The notes below the pieces were generated by a model that worked only from the letters and a program-made list of their open reading frames with translations, made no database searches and was not told the origin of the DNA. 64,000 nt of DNA from an uncultured virus (IMG/VR IMGVR_UViG_3300025003_000394) (lineage: Duplodnaviria > Heunggongvirae > Uroviricota > Caudoviricetes): the IMG/VR virus record IMGVR_UViG_3300025003_000394. One strand, given 5' to 3'. This document shows, one piece after another, positions 49,665 to 60,122 of this stretch (position 1 is the first letter of the stretch; each line of letters opens with the position of its first letter). Made by a program: the position numbers and the translations under genes.

Positions 49665-51542
49665 CTAAAGTATGAAGTTTTTTTCAAAGTAGTAAATAGT
49701 TAATATTAACATGATAATTGGATCATATTTTGCTTGTAAAGCTGGATTATTACTGTTAATTAATTTTACTAACATCGTTTTTATTTTTTCATTGTCAAAA
49801 AAATGGTGATTAATCATTGATTGACTATTTAGAATATCAAATAACATCACTTTTACATTATTTGTTTGTTGTCCACCACTCCAGCTTAAGAGCGGTGGTG
49901 CAATAAAAGGGTGTTTTTGTTTTTGATAAATTAATGGGGTAATGTCATTCTTGAATGTTTCCTTAAGAATGTATTTTTCAACACTGTGTTCATTCATTTT
50001 GAAATGAGTTGGTAGCGTTCTTGCCACTTCATACACTCTTCGATCAAGAAATGGAACTCTCCCTTCAATTGTATGTGCCATCTCCATTTTATCCCCAAGC
50101 CCTACTAAAATGTAGTTGCCTAGACATATTTTGCTCCATAAGTAGCTTGAAGTGTAAACATTGTCCATTTTAGGAATATTAAGTGGTTTAAGAATATCTT
50201 TAATTGGATCAAACATATTACTAACATAATCAGTCTTTAATACTTCGTTTTGAAGTTTTAGTCCCATTGAGTATTTTGCCTCAAGAAATTTAGGTACAAA
50301 ACCAAGTTCCTGTTGAATTAATGCTGTACTTAGGCTTTCACTGTCAGGAGTTTGAAGTCCAGATAAATACTCGTTATTTAGAATATTTTCATTAGTATTG
50401 TTTAAGTCAAGCTTAAAATGTGGGTACCCCAAAAACAATTCATCAGCGCCTTCGCCACTTAATGAGACCTTAATTCCAGCTTCTTTCATTGCTTTAAAGA
50501 GTAAAAACTTTGCTGGAAGGTGACTATTAATTGAGACTTCTTCACTATGGAATGTTGCATTCTCAATATTATTAAGCATATCAGACTCTGTAACATAAAC
50601 AGGATTGAAATTACCATTATACATTTTGCACATTTCTTCTGCAACTAGGCATTCATCGTAATTGCCACCACTTGCAAAACTAAGTGTAAAGGCATCCAGT
50701 TTTTCACTACTAACTTGATTTGCCAGTCCCCAAATAACGGAAGAATCAATGCCACCACTAAGTGTTATTGCTTTTTTACGGTCAACACTAATTCGATCTT
50801 TTACAGATCTTAATAATGCCTCACGTAATGACTCTTTTGCATCGTCAAAGGTAATGGAATTGTCAGGTTGATAATGAATGTCCCAGTATTTAGTTTCCGT
50901 TATTGACATTGTGTGAAGATCAATAACAAGGTATGAGCCTGCCTGAACTTGCTTGACGTTATTAAGTAATGTGCTATCAGAGCTGTGATATTGCATAGTT
51001 AGTACTGAGTTTAATGCATTATCTGACCAAGCCATTTTTCCTAGTGCTAGAAATGATTTCTGCTCCGAAGAAAAATAAATACTATCATCTTTTTGATAGT
51101 AATATAGAGGGTTTATGCCAAATCTATCTCTAAGAGCAATAATTTTGTGATTTTTTTTATCATAAATTATTGCTGCAAACTCACCATTAAGTTCATTAAA
51201 AAAATCATCTGACAAACCAAACTTTTGATAAAGTGGGATAATAATCTCACTATCAGTTTCTGTATTAAATTGGTATCCTTGTTGAGAGAATGTATTGCGG
51301 ATTTTTTCATATCCATAAAATTCTCCATTAACTATAGCTGCAATATCCTTTTTGCTTGAGTATAAAGGTTGAGTTCCTAGATCTCCAACAATAGAAAGGC
51401 GGTTGTGACCAAGTGCAACACCATTGTCAAAGAAAAATCCATTACCATCTTGTCCTCTATGCGCTATTTTATTAAGCATATCTGTTAATAATGCTGGTGA
51501 AAATTGTTTATTTTTAGAGAAAGCAGCTACAATACCACACAT
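49665..51542 (-). CDS. Second asparagine-synthase-family amidotransferase (divergent)
   Basis: MCGIV, HRGQD, HNRLSIV, NGEFY, RDRFGINPLYY, LSGGIDSS, SGEGADE, EGRVPFLD. Confidence 0.92.
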   Translation of the reverse strand: MCGIVAAFSKNKQFSPALLTDMLNKIAHRGQDGNGFFFDNGVALGHNRLSIVGDLGTQPLYSSKKDIAAIVNGEFYGYEKIRNTFSQQGYQFNTETDSEIIIPLYQKFGLSDDFFNELNGEFAAIIYDKKNHKIIALRDRFGINPLYYYQKDDSIYFSSEQKSFLALGKMAWSDNALNSVLTMQYHSSDSTLLNNVKQVQAGSYLVIDLHTMSITETKYWDIHYQPDNSITFDDAKESLREALLRSVKDRISVDRKKAITLSGGIDSSVIWGLANQVSSEKLDAFTLSFASGGNYDECLVAEEMCKMYNGNFNPVYVTESDMLNNIENATFHSEEVSINSHLPAKFLLFKAMKEAGIKVSLSGEGADELFLGYPHFKLDLNNTNENILNNEYLSGLQTPDSESLSTALIQQELGFVPKFLEAKYSMGLKLQNEVLKTDYVSNMFDPIKDILKPLNIPKMDNVYTSSYLWSKICLGNYILVGLGDKMEMAHTIEGRVPFLDRRVYEVARTLPTHFKMNEHSVEKYILKETFKNDITPLIYQKQKHPFIAPPLLSWSGGQQTNNVKVMLFDILNSQSMINHHFFDNEKIKTMLVKLINSNNPALQAKYDPIIMLILTIYYFEKNFIL

Positions 51543-51573
51543 AATATGTATTCCTTATGAAAGTAAAAATGGA

Positions 51574-52446
51574 CTAAAGAGTTGGGTTGAAGAAGATTTT
51601 ATGCAGTCCAAGATCATTCTCTGTATAAGCTTTCTCCCAGTCTTCTAATGGATATACCTTACCCATAAGATTTTCAAATAAATATGTTTTATTGCGAGCA
51701 TATTCAACAGCCATAGAGAAATCGCCATAATAAAGTCCTTCAATAATTATCCCTTTTTTTACAATGGTGTATAAATCTAATGGAATTTTATCTGGGTTTC
51801 TGCTTTTTGCAATAAAAATCCCTTTGCGTTTTAGGATTCTGATAATATTATCAAAGGCTTCAATCTGTGAGAAGGTTTCAATAATATAATCGTATGTTTC
51901 GGATTTATATTGCTCTGGTGTTTTGTGATCAAGTAAAACGATATTATATCCAGCGTCTTTTAAAATATTGAATGTGAGTTCTCCAATACGATTATTTCCA
52001 TAAACTGCACCAAATAAATCTTTGTTAATTAACTTTGACGTAAGTGGGGCGAGAGAAGCAGCAATTGGCTCAACATAAGCACCAAACTTAAGCTCTACTT
52101 CATTTGCGTGATATAGTTTTGTATCATAAACCTTAATAAATTCAGCAAAACAACCGTCATAATCAACACCAAACATTTTATCATTATCAAAAATAGGGTT
52201 GCATGTCACTAAATCACCGACCTTAAATTTAGCTGACATTGTTTCTTCGACAATACCCATAAATTCATGCCCAATGGTAAGGTTGTCTTTAACCTCATTA
52301 ATCCAGCCATTTGAAACATAAATGTCGGTTCGACAAATACCTGCCATTAAAACCTTTACAATAACTTCACCATTTTTACTAGCAAATGGCTTTGGGATCT
52401 GAGTTAGCTCTAATTTTTCACCATGTTTTTTTACTAATGCTTTCAT
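51574..52446 (-). CDS. Zn-dependent medium-chain dehydrogenase/reductase (GroES-like)
   Basis: AGICRTD, GHEFMG, GCFAEF, VEPIAA; Rossmann Gly motif degenerate (GNNRIG). Confidence 0.85.
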   Translation of the reverse strand: MKALVKKHGEKLELTQIPKPFASKNGEVIVKVLMAGICRTDIYVSNGWINEVKDNLTIGHEFMGIVEETMSAKFKVGDLVTCNPIFDNDKMFGVDYDGCFAEFIKVYDTKLYHANEVELKFGAYVEPIAASLAPLTSKLINKDLFGAVYGNNRIGELTFNILKDAGYNIVLLDHKTPEQYKSETYDYIIETFSQIEAFDNIIRILKRKGIFIAKSRNPDKIPLDLYTIVKKGIIIEGLYYGDFSMAVEYARNKTYLFENLMGKVYPLEDWEKAYTENDLGLHKIFFNPTL

Positions 52447-52623
52447 TTTTATTTTCTCTCTATTGATAATATCGCTTATTGTAACAAAAATATGTAGCTA
52501 GAGTCAATATTAAACTATGGTTAAAAAATGTGTAAAAAAAATTGATTTATAAGAAAATAAATGGTATTCTATGCAAGAAAAATTAAATAGCATTTTTACG
52601 GTAAAAAAAATAAAGGAAATATA

Positions 52624-53460
52624 ATGGAAATACTTAAAAACATGGATAATATAAGAACGTTAATTAAGAGTCTGCTAATTAATAAGGATAGTGGGAGTAA
52701 AATATTTTATTCTTCAATAATGTTGGCGTCTTTTATGTTTACATTACTTACGTTACTTACATTGTACTTTATTAACAATGGCGAGGTTGATGCAAATGGC
52801 TTAGAAATTAATGTTGTATTGCCTATCGTTACTGGATTTCCTATGTTTATAGTTTACTTTCTAGTATTTTCTTTTCTTTGGGTATCTATATCGAAGGTAT
52901 TATATAGGAAAAGAACTGCATTGTTGGCTAAATTATTTAATAAATCTTTTTTAACAAATAAGAGTGAGTTAAAAATAAGAAATGAAATAATTAATTTAAA
53001 AATTAATGATAAAACACAAGCTTTATTATCTGAAATAAATTTGGAAATATATGACGAGGGGGAAGATGCTGTTTTAAGAGAATTAATTGTAAAAATAATA
53101 GAAGGTGAATTAAATAGTACTAATGTTTTGTCTATAGATAAGTATATAAATATATTTAATAGTAAGTATGAATCTCAAAATATATATTCATTAACTATTG
53201 ACAATCAAATTAATTTTTTAGATATATTGCTAAATAAGATAAGTGAAGAAGATTTTAATGCTAAAAAATCGGTTTTGGCTAAAAATTTGTGTTCAATGTC
53301 AGAAGATTATAGTTTGAAAAATAAAATTATAGATAGAATTGAAAGAAAAGAGGAAGAGTTAAGTAAGGAAGATTTAGTAAGAGAGAGGTTATTAAAATTA
53401 GAAAGTAAAAATAATAAAACAGGAATACTGATAGGTAAGACAAAAGTGAAAACAATATAA
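52624..53460 (+). CDS. Two-TM membrane protein, family A, KVKTI tail
   Basis: Paralog of 53534..54427 (NQI..LDILL.KIS.EDF..KS.LA). Confidence 0.7.
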   Translation: MEILKNMDNIRTLIKSLLINKDSGSKIFYSSIMLASFMFTLLTLLTLYFINNGEVDANGLEINVVLPIVTGFPMFIVYFLVFSFLWVSISKVLYRKRTALLAKLFNKSFLTNKSELKIRNEIINLKINDKTQALLSEINLEIYDEGEDAVLRELIVKIIEGELNSTNVLSIDKYINIFNSKYESQNIYSLTIDNQINFLDILLNKISEEDFNAKKSVLAKNLCSMSEDYSLKNKIIDRIERKEEELSKEDLVRERLLKLESKNNKTGILIGKTKVKTI

Positions 53461-53533
53461 TAAAACCAGTATTAGTTATGATTTATTATAGCTAAAAATA
53501 AGAAAATAAATATTAAATAAGGTAGAAAGTGCA

Positions 53534-54427
<894 letters not shown>

Positions 54428-54478
54428 TTTTACTAACAATTTATGTTATAGTAGAGAGAAAAATTTAAGGAAAGCATA

Positions 54479-54607
54479 ATGGAAACACTAAAAAAAATAA
54501 AAAATATAAAAGCTTTATCTAAATTAGATTTAATAAAAAATAGAATAATAAAGTTAGATAAGCAGAAAGTGACGTTAACTAATAATTCAAAAATAAAAAC
54601 AAAATAA
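54479..54607 (+). CDS. 42-aa internally deleted family A paralog
   Basis: METLKKIKNIKAL-SKLDLIKNRIIKLDKQKVTLTNNSKIKTK resembles the N- and C-termini of 52624/53534; AAGGA RBS. Confidence 0.55.
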   Translation: METLKKIKNIKALSKLDLIKNRIIKLDKQKVTLTNNSKIKTK

Positions 54608-54689
54608 GTGCCAAAAAGTATAATGGTTAGATAAGTTGCTTTATCTAAATTTAGATTAAGACTAAAAAACATTTAATGTAGGAGAGGTA

Positions 54690-55526
54690 ATGGGTAATAT
54701 AAGTAAAAAAGATTTAGACGGTATAATGGATGATATATTAATTATAAAGAAAAGAAAAGAGAAAGTGACTATATTTATAAATAGTATACTAATGATTATT
54801 ATGCCAGTAATGATTTACTCATTGAGTTCTATGGCATTAGGGACAGAAGATTTATTTCCAAGAATAGCTTTTGCCTTCTTTGGAGGTTTAGGAGCTAATG
54901 TTTTTCTGCATTCAAATACTTCTATATTTGAAGAACAGTACTTTTTATTTTTCTATAAAATGAGATTAAAGAAATCATTCCCATTATTAATTAATTTATT
55001 TAAATATGATTTTGTTAATGAAACTGACTTGCAAAGGATGTCTGTGAAAATGGATAATTTGAAAAATAATGGGGGAAACATTAGTGAAATAATTTCAATT
55101 ATAAATAGGTGCGGATTAGAACTAGGTAATAAGGAAGATGTTGTGCAGAGAATAATGCGCAGTATATTAATTTGCAAATTAAGTTCTGTAAAGGATCTTA
55201 CGGTAGATAAATATATAAATTTTCTTTCAGTAGAAAACAAAGAGTTGTATTATTTGGTTAATCAGAATGCATACAGGTATTGTGAGTTAATGCAAATATT
55301 GTTTAGTAAAATTGAAGTTGAAGATTTTAATAAAAATATAGAAAAAATAATTGATTTTTCTACAATAGCATTTAAAGAGCTTGTGAATAAAAAATATATA
55401 ATGGGGAAAATAAAGGAGCAGTCAGAGAAAGTAAATGACGTAACGTTATTAAGGAATAACTTAATAAAGAAAAGCACTTTATCGCCTATAAAAATATGTA
55501 GTAAGTCTAAGGTAAAATCAATTTAA
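54690..55526 (+). CDS. Two-TM membrane protein, family B, KVKSI tail
   Basis: Close paralog of 55659..56501; AGGAG RBS. Confidence 0.72.
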   Translation: MGNISKKDLDGIMDDILIIKKRKEKVTIFINSILMIIMPVMIYSLSSMALGTEDLFPRIAFAFFGGLGANVFLHSNTSIFEEQYFLFFYKMRLKKSFPLLINLFKYDFVNETDLQRMSVKMDNLKNNGGNISEIISIINRCGLELGNKEDVVQRIMRSILICKLSSVKDLTVDKYINFLSVENKELYYLVNQNAYRYCELMQILFSKIEVEDFNKNIEKIIDFSTIAFKELVNKKYIMGKIKEQSEKVNDVTLLRNNLIKKSTLSPIKICSKSKVKSI

Positions 55527-55658
55527 TATATTAGGTTAATTAATAATTAAAAAAAAATAATATAAATTCCACAAAGTATAATGGTTAAATAAGGTGCTTT
55601 ATCTAAAGTTGTTGGACATTAATGTGAAGTTATAAAAGCATTTGATATAGGAGATATA

Positions 55659-56501
55659 ATGAGTGGTGTAAATGAGAAAGATTTAGAGAGTATGATAAAT
55701 GATATATTTATTGTAAAAAAAAGAACAGGTAAAATAAATATATTAGTGAATTGTGTGCTAATAACTATTATTCCAGCGATATTATTTACATTGGGATTTA
55801 TGCTGGAAGATCTTGTAAGTTTATCCCAGAAAATAATTGTTAGTTTAATGATAGGTATGGCAATGAATCTTTTTTTGATTTTTAATACTCAAGTATTTGA
55901 TAAGCCATATTGTTTGTTTTTCTATAAAATGAGGGTAAAAAAAATATTCCCATTGCTAACCAATTTATTTAAATATGATATTATTAATGAAACTGATTTA
56001 ACAAGAATATCTTTGGGAATGAATAATTTAATTAATAATGGAGGGGATATTAATGAAATAAATTCAATTATAAGTAATAATTTATCAGAATTAGATAATA
56101 ACAATAAGAATTATATTGTAAAGAAAATATTGCATAGTATATTAATGTCTAAGTTAAAAAACGTAAAAGAAATAACAGTAGATAAGTATATAGAGTTAAT
56201 TTCAGTGGAAAATAAAGAGTTGTGTTATTTAGCAAATAAATATAAATGTAACTGTTGTGAGTTAATGAAAATATTATTTAATAGAGTAGATATTGATGAT
56301 TTTAATAAAAATATAGAAAAAATAATTAGTTTTTCAACAATAAAATTTAAAGAAGTTGGAGAAAAAAAGTATATAATAAATAAAATAAAAGATCATTCAG
56401 AAAAAATAAATGAAGTAATGTTATTAAAAGGTAATGTAATAAATAAAAGTACTTTAAGTCCTATAAAAATATGTAGTAATTCCAAGGTAAAATCAATTTA
56501 A
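55659..56501 (+). CDS. Two-TM membrane protein, family B, KVKSI tail
   Basis: Close paralog of 54690..55526; upstream sequence also duplicated. Confidence 0.72.
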   Translation: MSGVNEKDLESMINDIFIVKKRTGKINILVNCVLITIIPAILFTLGFMLEDLVSLSQKIIVSLMIGMAMNLFLIFNTQVFDKPYCLFFYKMRVKKIFPLLTNLFKYDIINETDLTRISLGMNNLINNGGDINEINSIISNNLSELDNNNKNYIVKKILHSILMSKLKNVKEITVDKYIELISVENKELCYLANKYKCNCCELMKILFNRVDIDDFNKNIEKIISFSTIKFKEVGEKKYIINKIKDHSEKINEVMLLKGNVINKSTLSPIKICSNSKVKSI

Positions 56502-56513
56502 TATATAAAGTTA

Positions 56514-57485
56514 ATGGAGGGAAAATTAATGAATTTTAAAAATATAGAGGCTGATTTTAAAGAGGCAAAAATAAGATTGATAAAATTAAAAAGTGAAAAA
56601 GAGTTGATGTTTTTTGTTGGTCTTGGGTCTGGGATTTTATTCTTATTCTTATTCTTATCTGGGATTGTAGATTACTCATCCCTAGGTGTAATTATGGAGA
56701 AGACTGGATTTTTAAATTTAAATAATCTTGTTGGAGTTGGAGATAAATTAGATAGTGATATAAAATATGTTATTGATTTTATATTCGCATTAACACTGCA
56801 TAATATAGTGGCTATTCCATTTATAATTTTTGCAAAAATAATTATGGGAAAATCAATTAAGACATTAAGTAGTGATGAAAAGGAAATGACTGATTTTATA
56901 ATAAATAATAGAGATTTATTACTGGCTGATAAAAGTTTAGAGAAATTGTCTTTTTGCGATATTATTGAATTTATATTAAATGGAAAAGATTGTAAATTAT
57001 CAGATATTGAACTAGAAAATGACTTATTGGATAATTATTTAATAAAGAATGCAAATGACGATCTTTATGCATCTTATATTGCATTGAAATTAGGCCATTG
57101 CGATATGGTTGATTTAAATCTATATAAGGATAAGATAGTGCATTCTATTGAAGGTAGTCGCTCAAAAGAACTATTGAAGAAAATAACTTTATTAATAAAG
57201 CAAAAAGAAATTAATATGATGTCATTTAAAGCAAGCCTAAATAGTTTTATATTAAAGGAAGAAGGATTTAATGAGTGTATTAATAAAGGTAGTGTTTGCG
57301 AGGTAGATAGGTTAGAAGATTTAAAAATTAAATTTTGTAAAAAAATGAAAAACCAATATAATTTACTAACTAATAATGATATATTAAGCGAGGTAGAAAA
57401 TACAGTGGTTTTATCAAATGGTATTATATCTCTAAAGTTAAAAAATCTAGTAAGTAAAGTTACGTGTGCAGTAAAGGTAGTGTAG
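56514..57485 (+). CDS. Two-TM membrane protein, AVKVV tail
   Basis: Two hydrophobic helices; probable start at 56529 after GGAGG. Confidence 0.6.
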   Translation: MEGKLMNFKNIEADFKEAKIRLIKLKSEKELMFFVGLGSGILFLFLFLSGIVDYSSLGVIMEKTGFLNLNNLVGVGDKLDSDIKYVIDFIFALTLHNIVAIPFIIFAKIIMGKSIKTLSSDEKEMTDFIINNRDLLLADKSLEKLSFCDIIEFILNGKDCKLSDIELENDLLDNYLIKNANDDLYASYIALKLGHCDMVDLNLYKDKIVHSIEGSRSKELLKKITLLIKQKEINMMSFKASLNSFILKEEGFNECINKGSVCEVDRLEDLKIKFCKKMKNQYNLLTNNDILSEVENTVVLSNGIISLKLKNLVSKVTCAVKVV

Positions 57486-57584
57486 ATTAAAAATATTTAT
57501 TAAAATAACCACAAGAAGCCGAAGCAACTTAAATCCTGAGAATTTGGCTTCAATAATAAGCCACATAATTTAGGGTGTGGTTAT

Positions 57585-58409
57585 TTAATTATTTTCAACA
57601 AATGTAATAAAATCATTAATTAAATTAATAATGTTTTTATTATCTAAAGATAAAAATTTAGTTGAATTTTTATCTTTATAATAATCATTTAGGATTAAAA
57701 TAAAGGCAGAGTAGCATGCTTTTTTAATGGCGTCCTCTTTTGTATCAAATACATTGGATATACCAAATATAGCTTTACGTTCCCCACTAACTAAATTAGT
57801 AATTGAAAATGAATATGGAAATACAGGGTATGATCTGCTAGAGTCTACCTCTTCTATTTGATATCCAAAACCTTTGTAAAAGTCTAAGTTAGAAGGTATT
57901 TTGTCACATAATTCAAGTATAGAATCAATTTTTTTTCGTAAATTTTTAATGTTTGTATCAAAAAGATAAAGATTTAGAAAATAAATTTGAGATTGATAGT
58001 TTTTTTCTTCCCATTCAATATCAATATTTTTGTGAACGTCATAGGATAATTTAATAAAATCTGGATAATCATCATCATTAAAATTCTTGCTGATGCTTGT
58101 AATAACATTGTCGCTAACAATAATTTCGAGATTATATCCTTCATAATCAATTATATAACATTCTTCTTTGGTAAGTTCACAGAATGTAGTGGACTGACAC
58201 ACCTCAGTATCAAGTGATTTAACAATACTGTTAAAGTTTGAAAAGTCTATATCAGTTGTAGTGATATAGTCGCCATAACTAACTATTTGTTGAATAGTTT
58301 TGTCTTTTTCATCAACAATTACCTTAAGGTTATTACCTATACTATAATGTGAAATAGTTTTTACCTTATATGTGTAACTTTTTAAATCTGGTCTGTAAAA
58401 GTAAAGCAT
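57585..58409 (-). CDS. Hypothetical protein
   Basis: 274-aa ORF with GGAG RBS. Confidence 0.6.
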   Translation of the reverse strand: MLYFYRPDLKSYTYKVKTISHYSIGNNLKVIVDEKDKTIQQIVSYGDYITTTDIDFSNFNSIVKSLDTEVCQSTTFCELTKEECYIIDYEGYNLEIIVSDNVITSISKNFNDDDYPDFIKLSYDVHKNIDIEWEEKNYQSQIYFLNLYLFDTNIKNLRKKIDSILELCDKIPSNLDFYKGFGYQIEEVDSSRSYPVFPYSFSITNLVSGERKAIFGISNVFDTKEDAIKKACYSAFILILNDYYKDKNSTKFLSLDNKNIINLINDFITFVENN

Positions 58410-58427
58410 GTGGGAACTCCAATTTAA

Positions 58428-58775
58428 TTAAAATGTTGCTATTTTTTTTGCAATAGAATATGTATGAAAAAACAAGCACCAAAAATTAATAAACTCAACT
58501 TCTTGTGGACTTGATTCACTAGTGATATTTAGATTTTCACCAGTAAATAATATATTTAATGGATTATGTAGCCATAATCCGCAAAAGCTAAGATCTTTAT
58601 TGAGCTTTATATGAAGTGATTTAGTCCTGCGGGAGTTATTAATAACGATTTTTGTTATTTTTTTTTCTTTTTTATATAAGATAAAAAAATCATTAATAGG
58701 AATTTCTTGATTTGGTTCAATATTAAGTAATTCTTTGGTTAAAGCTGTAACATCTTTAATCTTGATTGAATTCAT
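58428..58775 (-). CDS. Hypothetical protein, KIATF tail
   Basis: AAGGA RBS; family tail. Confidence 0.6.
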   Translation of the reverse strand: MNSIKIKDVTALTKELLNIEPNQEIPINDFFILYKKEKKITKIVINNSRRTKSLHIKLNKDLSFCGLWLHNPLNILFTGENLNITSESSPQEVEFINFWCLFFHTYSIAKKIATF

Positions 58776-58837
58776 TTTTTTTCCTTTAATTTTATAATAT
58801 TCTACAGTGGAAGACCTAATTTGTCAACAAAATAAAA

Positions 58838-60118
58838 CTAAAAGTAAAGTTCGATAATTTCAATTGAGTAAATTTTTAGGCCACCCAATAACTCGTACTG
58901 GTGCCGTTTATATAATGGGTTATCTACTATTGTAATGTCAATATTCATGGGGAAAACAAGGACTCCATTGGCCTTAGAGTGAAATATAAGATCGCGTATT
59001 AATTTATTAAGATCATTCATATCAATATTTGAAATAATACCATTTTTGAGTTGTAGAAATTTATATTTTGCATCAACAACAGCAAACTCAAATACAGCAT
59101 CAGGTCTGCTATATCTGCAATCATTTTGATTGATTTTTCCCACAATAAATTTATTGTCCTTTTGGGTATCCTGTAGAGTGCCATACAGTGATAGATTAGT
59201 TTCAACATAGGCTTCCCATACTTTGTCCATCATAAATACCTTTCTATAATGTTTGTTTTTAGATATATTGGCTTTATTAGCAAGTAAAGTATTCAGGTAG
59301 TTAAAAAGCTTGTGATTTTTCTCAAATATTTTTTGATAATTAGCCTGAGATAATGTTCTTTTAAGTAGGTCTTTCGCTAAAAATGAGTGTTGATTCTGGT
59401 ATGCAGTTTTTGACTTAATGTATTTTAAGGATTTTAAGATATCTTTAAATACTGTGTTTTGTGAGGATTTACCCTCGTGTAAAAAAGAAATATATCGTTT
59501 ATTAAACTTATGATATAAGTATGAGTTAATTAACATAATGGTTCTTTTATTATCAATGTAAATATTTTGGGCAAAAATACTTGCATCATTATTGAATTGA
59601 TTTAATTCATTATTGATTTCACCGACAAGAATATCTGAGTAAATAATGTCTTTCTCCTTTATATGAGTCATTTTATTTATCTGTGATTTTATTTTATTTA
59701 ATATAAAATAATCATACTCAAATTCAGAAAAAATAGTGCTGTTTTTTCCTTGTGAAAACGAGTTATTTTTTTTATTAGCACTTTTGTTTATGTTTTTTAT
59801 TTTTTTTATAAATAAATTGATTTTTTCAATTAAGATAGTTTCATTTTTCTCACTGATTACTTTCCCTTTAATGCAGAGGGATTTAAGATCCCAGAATTTA
59901 GGAATATAATATATGCATAGCTCATAAAAAACATTATTTTTTACGATATGCTTAATTGAATAAACAATATAGCCTTTTTCAATAATGTCCCTTTCCTTTG
60001 ATATATCATTATTAAGCACTGTGCTTATTTCACTCCATAACTCCTTTACAATTTTGTTTTTGGAACAAAAAAAGGATTTTTTTTGAGAGTGAATAAAAAT
60101 ATTAATTTTCATCTTCAA
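58838..60118 (-). CDS. McrC/LlaJI-like PD-(D/E)xK nuclease subunit
   Basis: MDKVWEAYV...RPD...VVDAKYK; lies directly downstream of the McrB-like gene. Confidence 0.7.
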   Translation of the reverse strand: MKMKINIFIHSQKKSFFCSKNKIVKELWSEISTVLNNDISKERDIIEKGYIVYSIKHIVKNNVFYELCIYYIPKFWDLKSLCIKGKVISEKNETILIEKINLFIKKIKNINKSANKKNNSFSQGKNSTIFSEFEYDYFILNKIKSQINKMTHIKEKDIIYSDILVGEINNELNQFNNDASIFAQNIYIDNKRTIMLINSYLYHKFNKRYISFLHEGKSSQNTVFKDILKSLKYIKSKTAYQNQHSFLAKDLLKRTLSQANYQKIFEKNHKLFNYLNTLLANKANISKNKHYRKVFMMDKVWEAYVETNLSLYGTLQDTQKDNKFIVGKINQNDCRYSRPDAVFEFAVVDAKYKFLQLKNGIISNIDMNDLNKLIRDLIFHSKANGVLVFPMNIDITIVDNPLYKRHQYELLGGLKIYSIEIIELYF

Positions 60119-60122
60119 TTAC

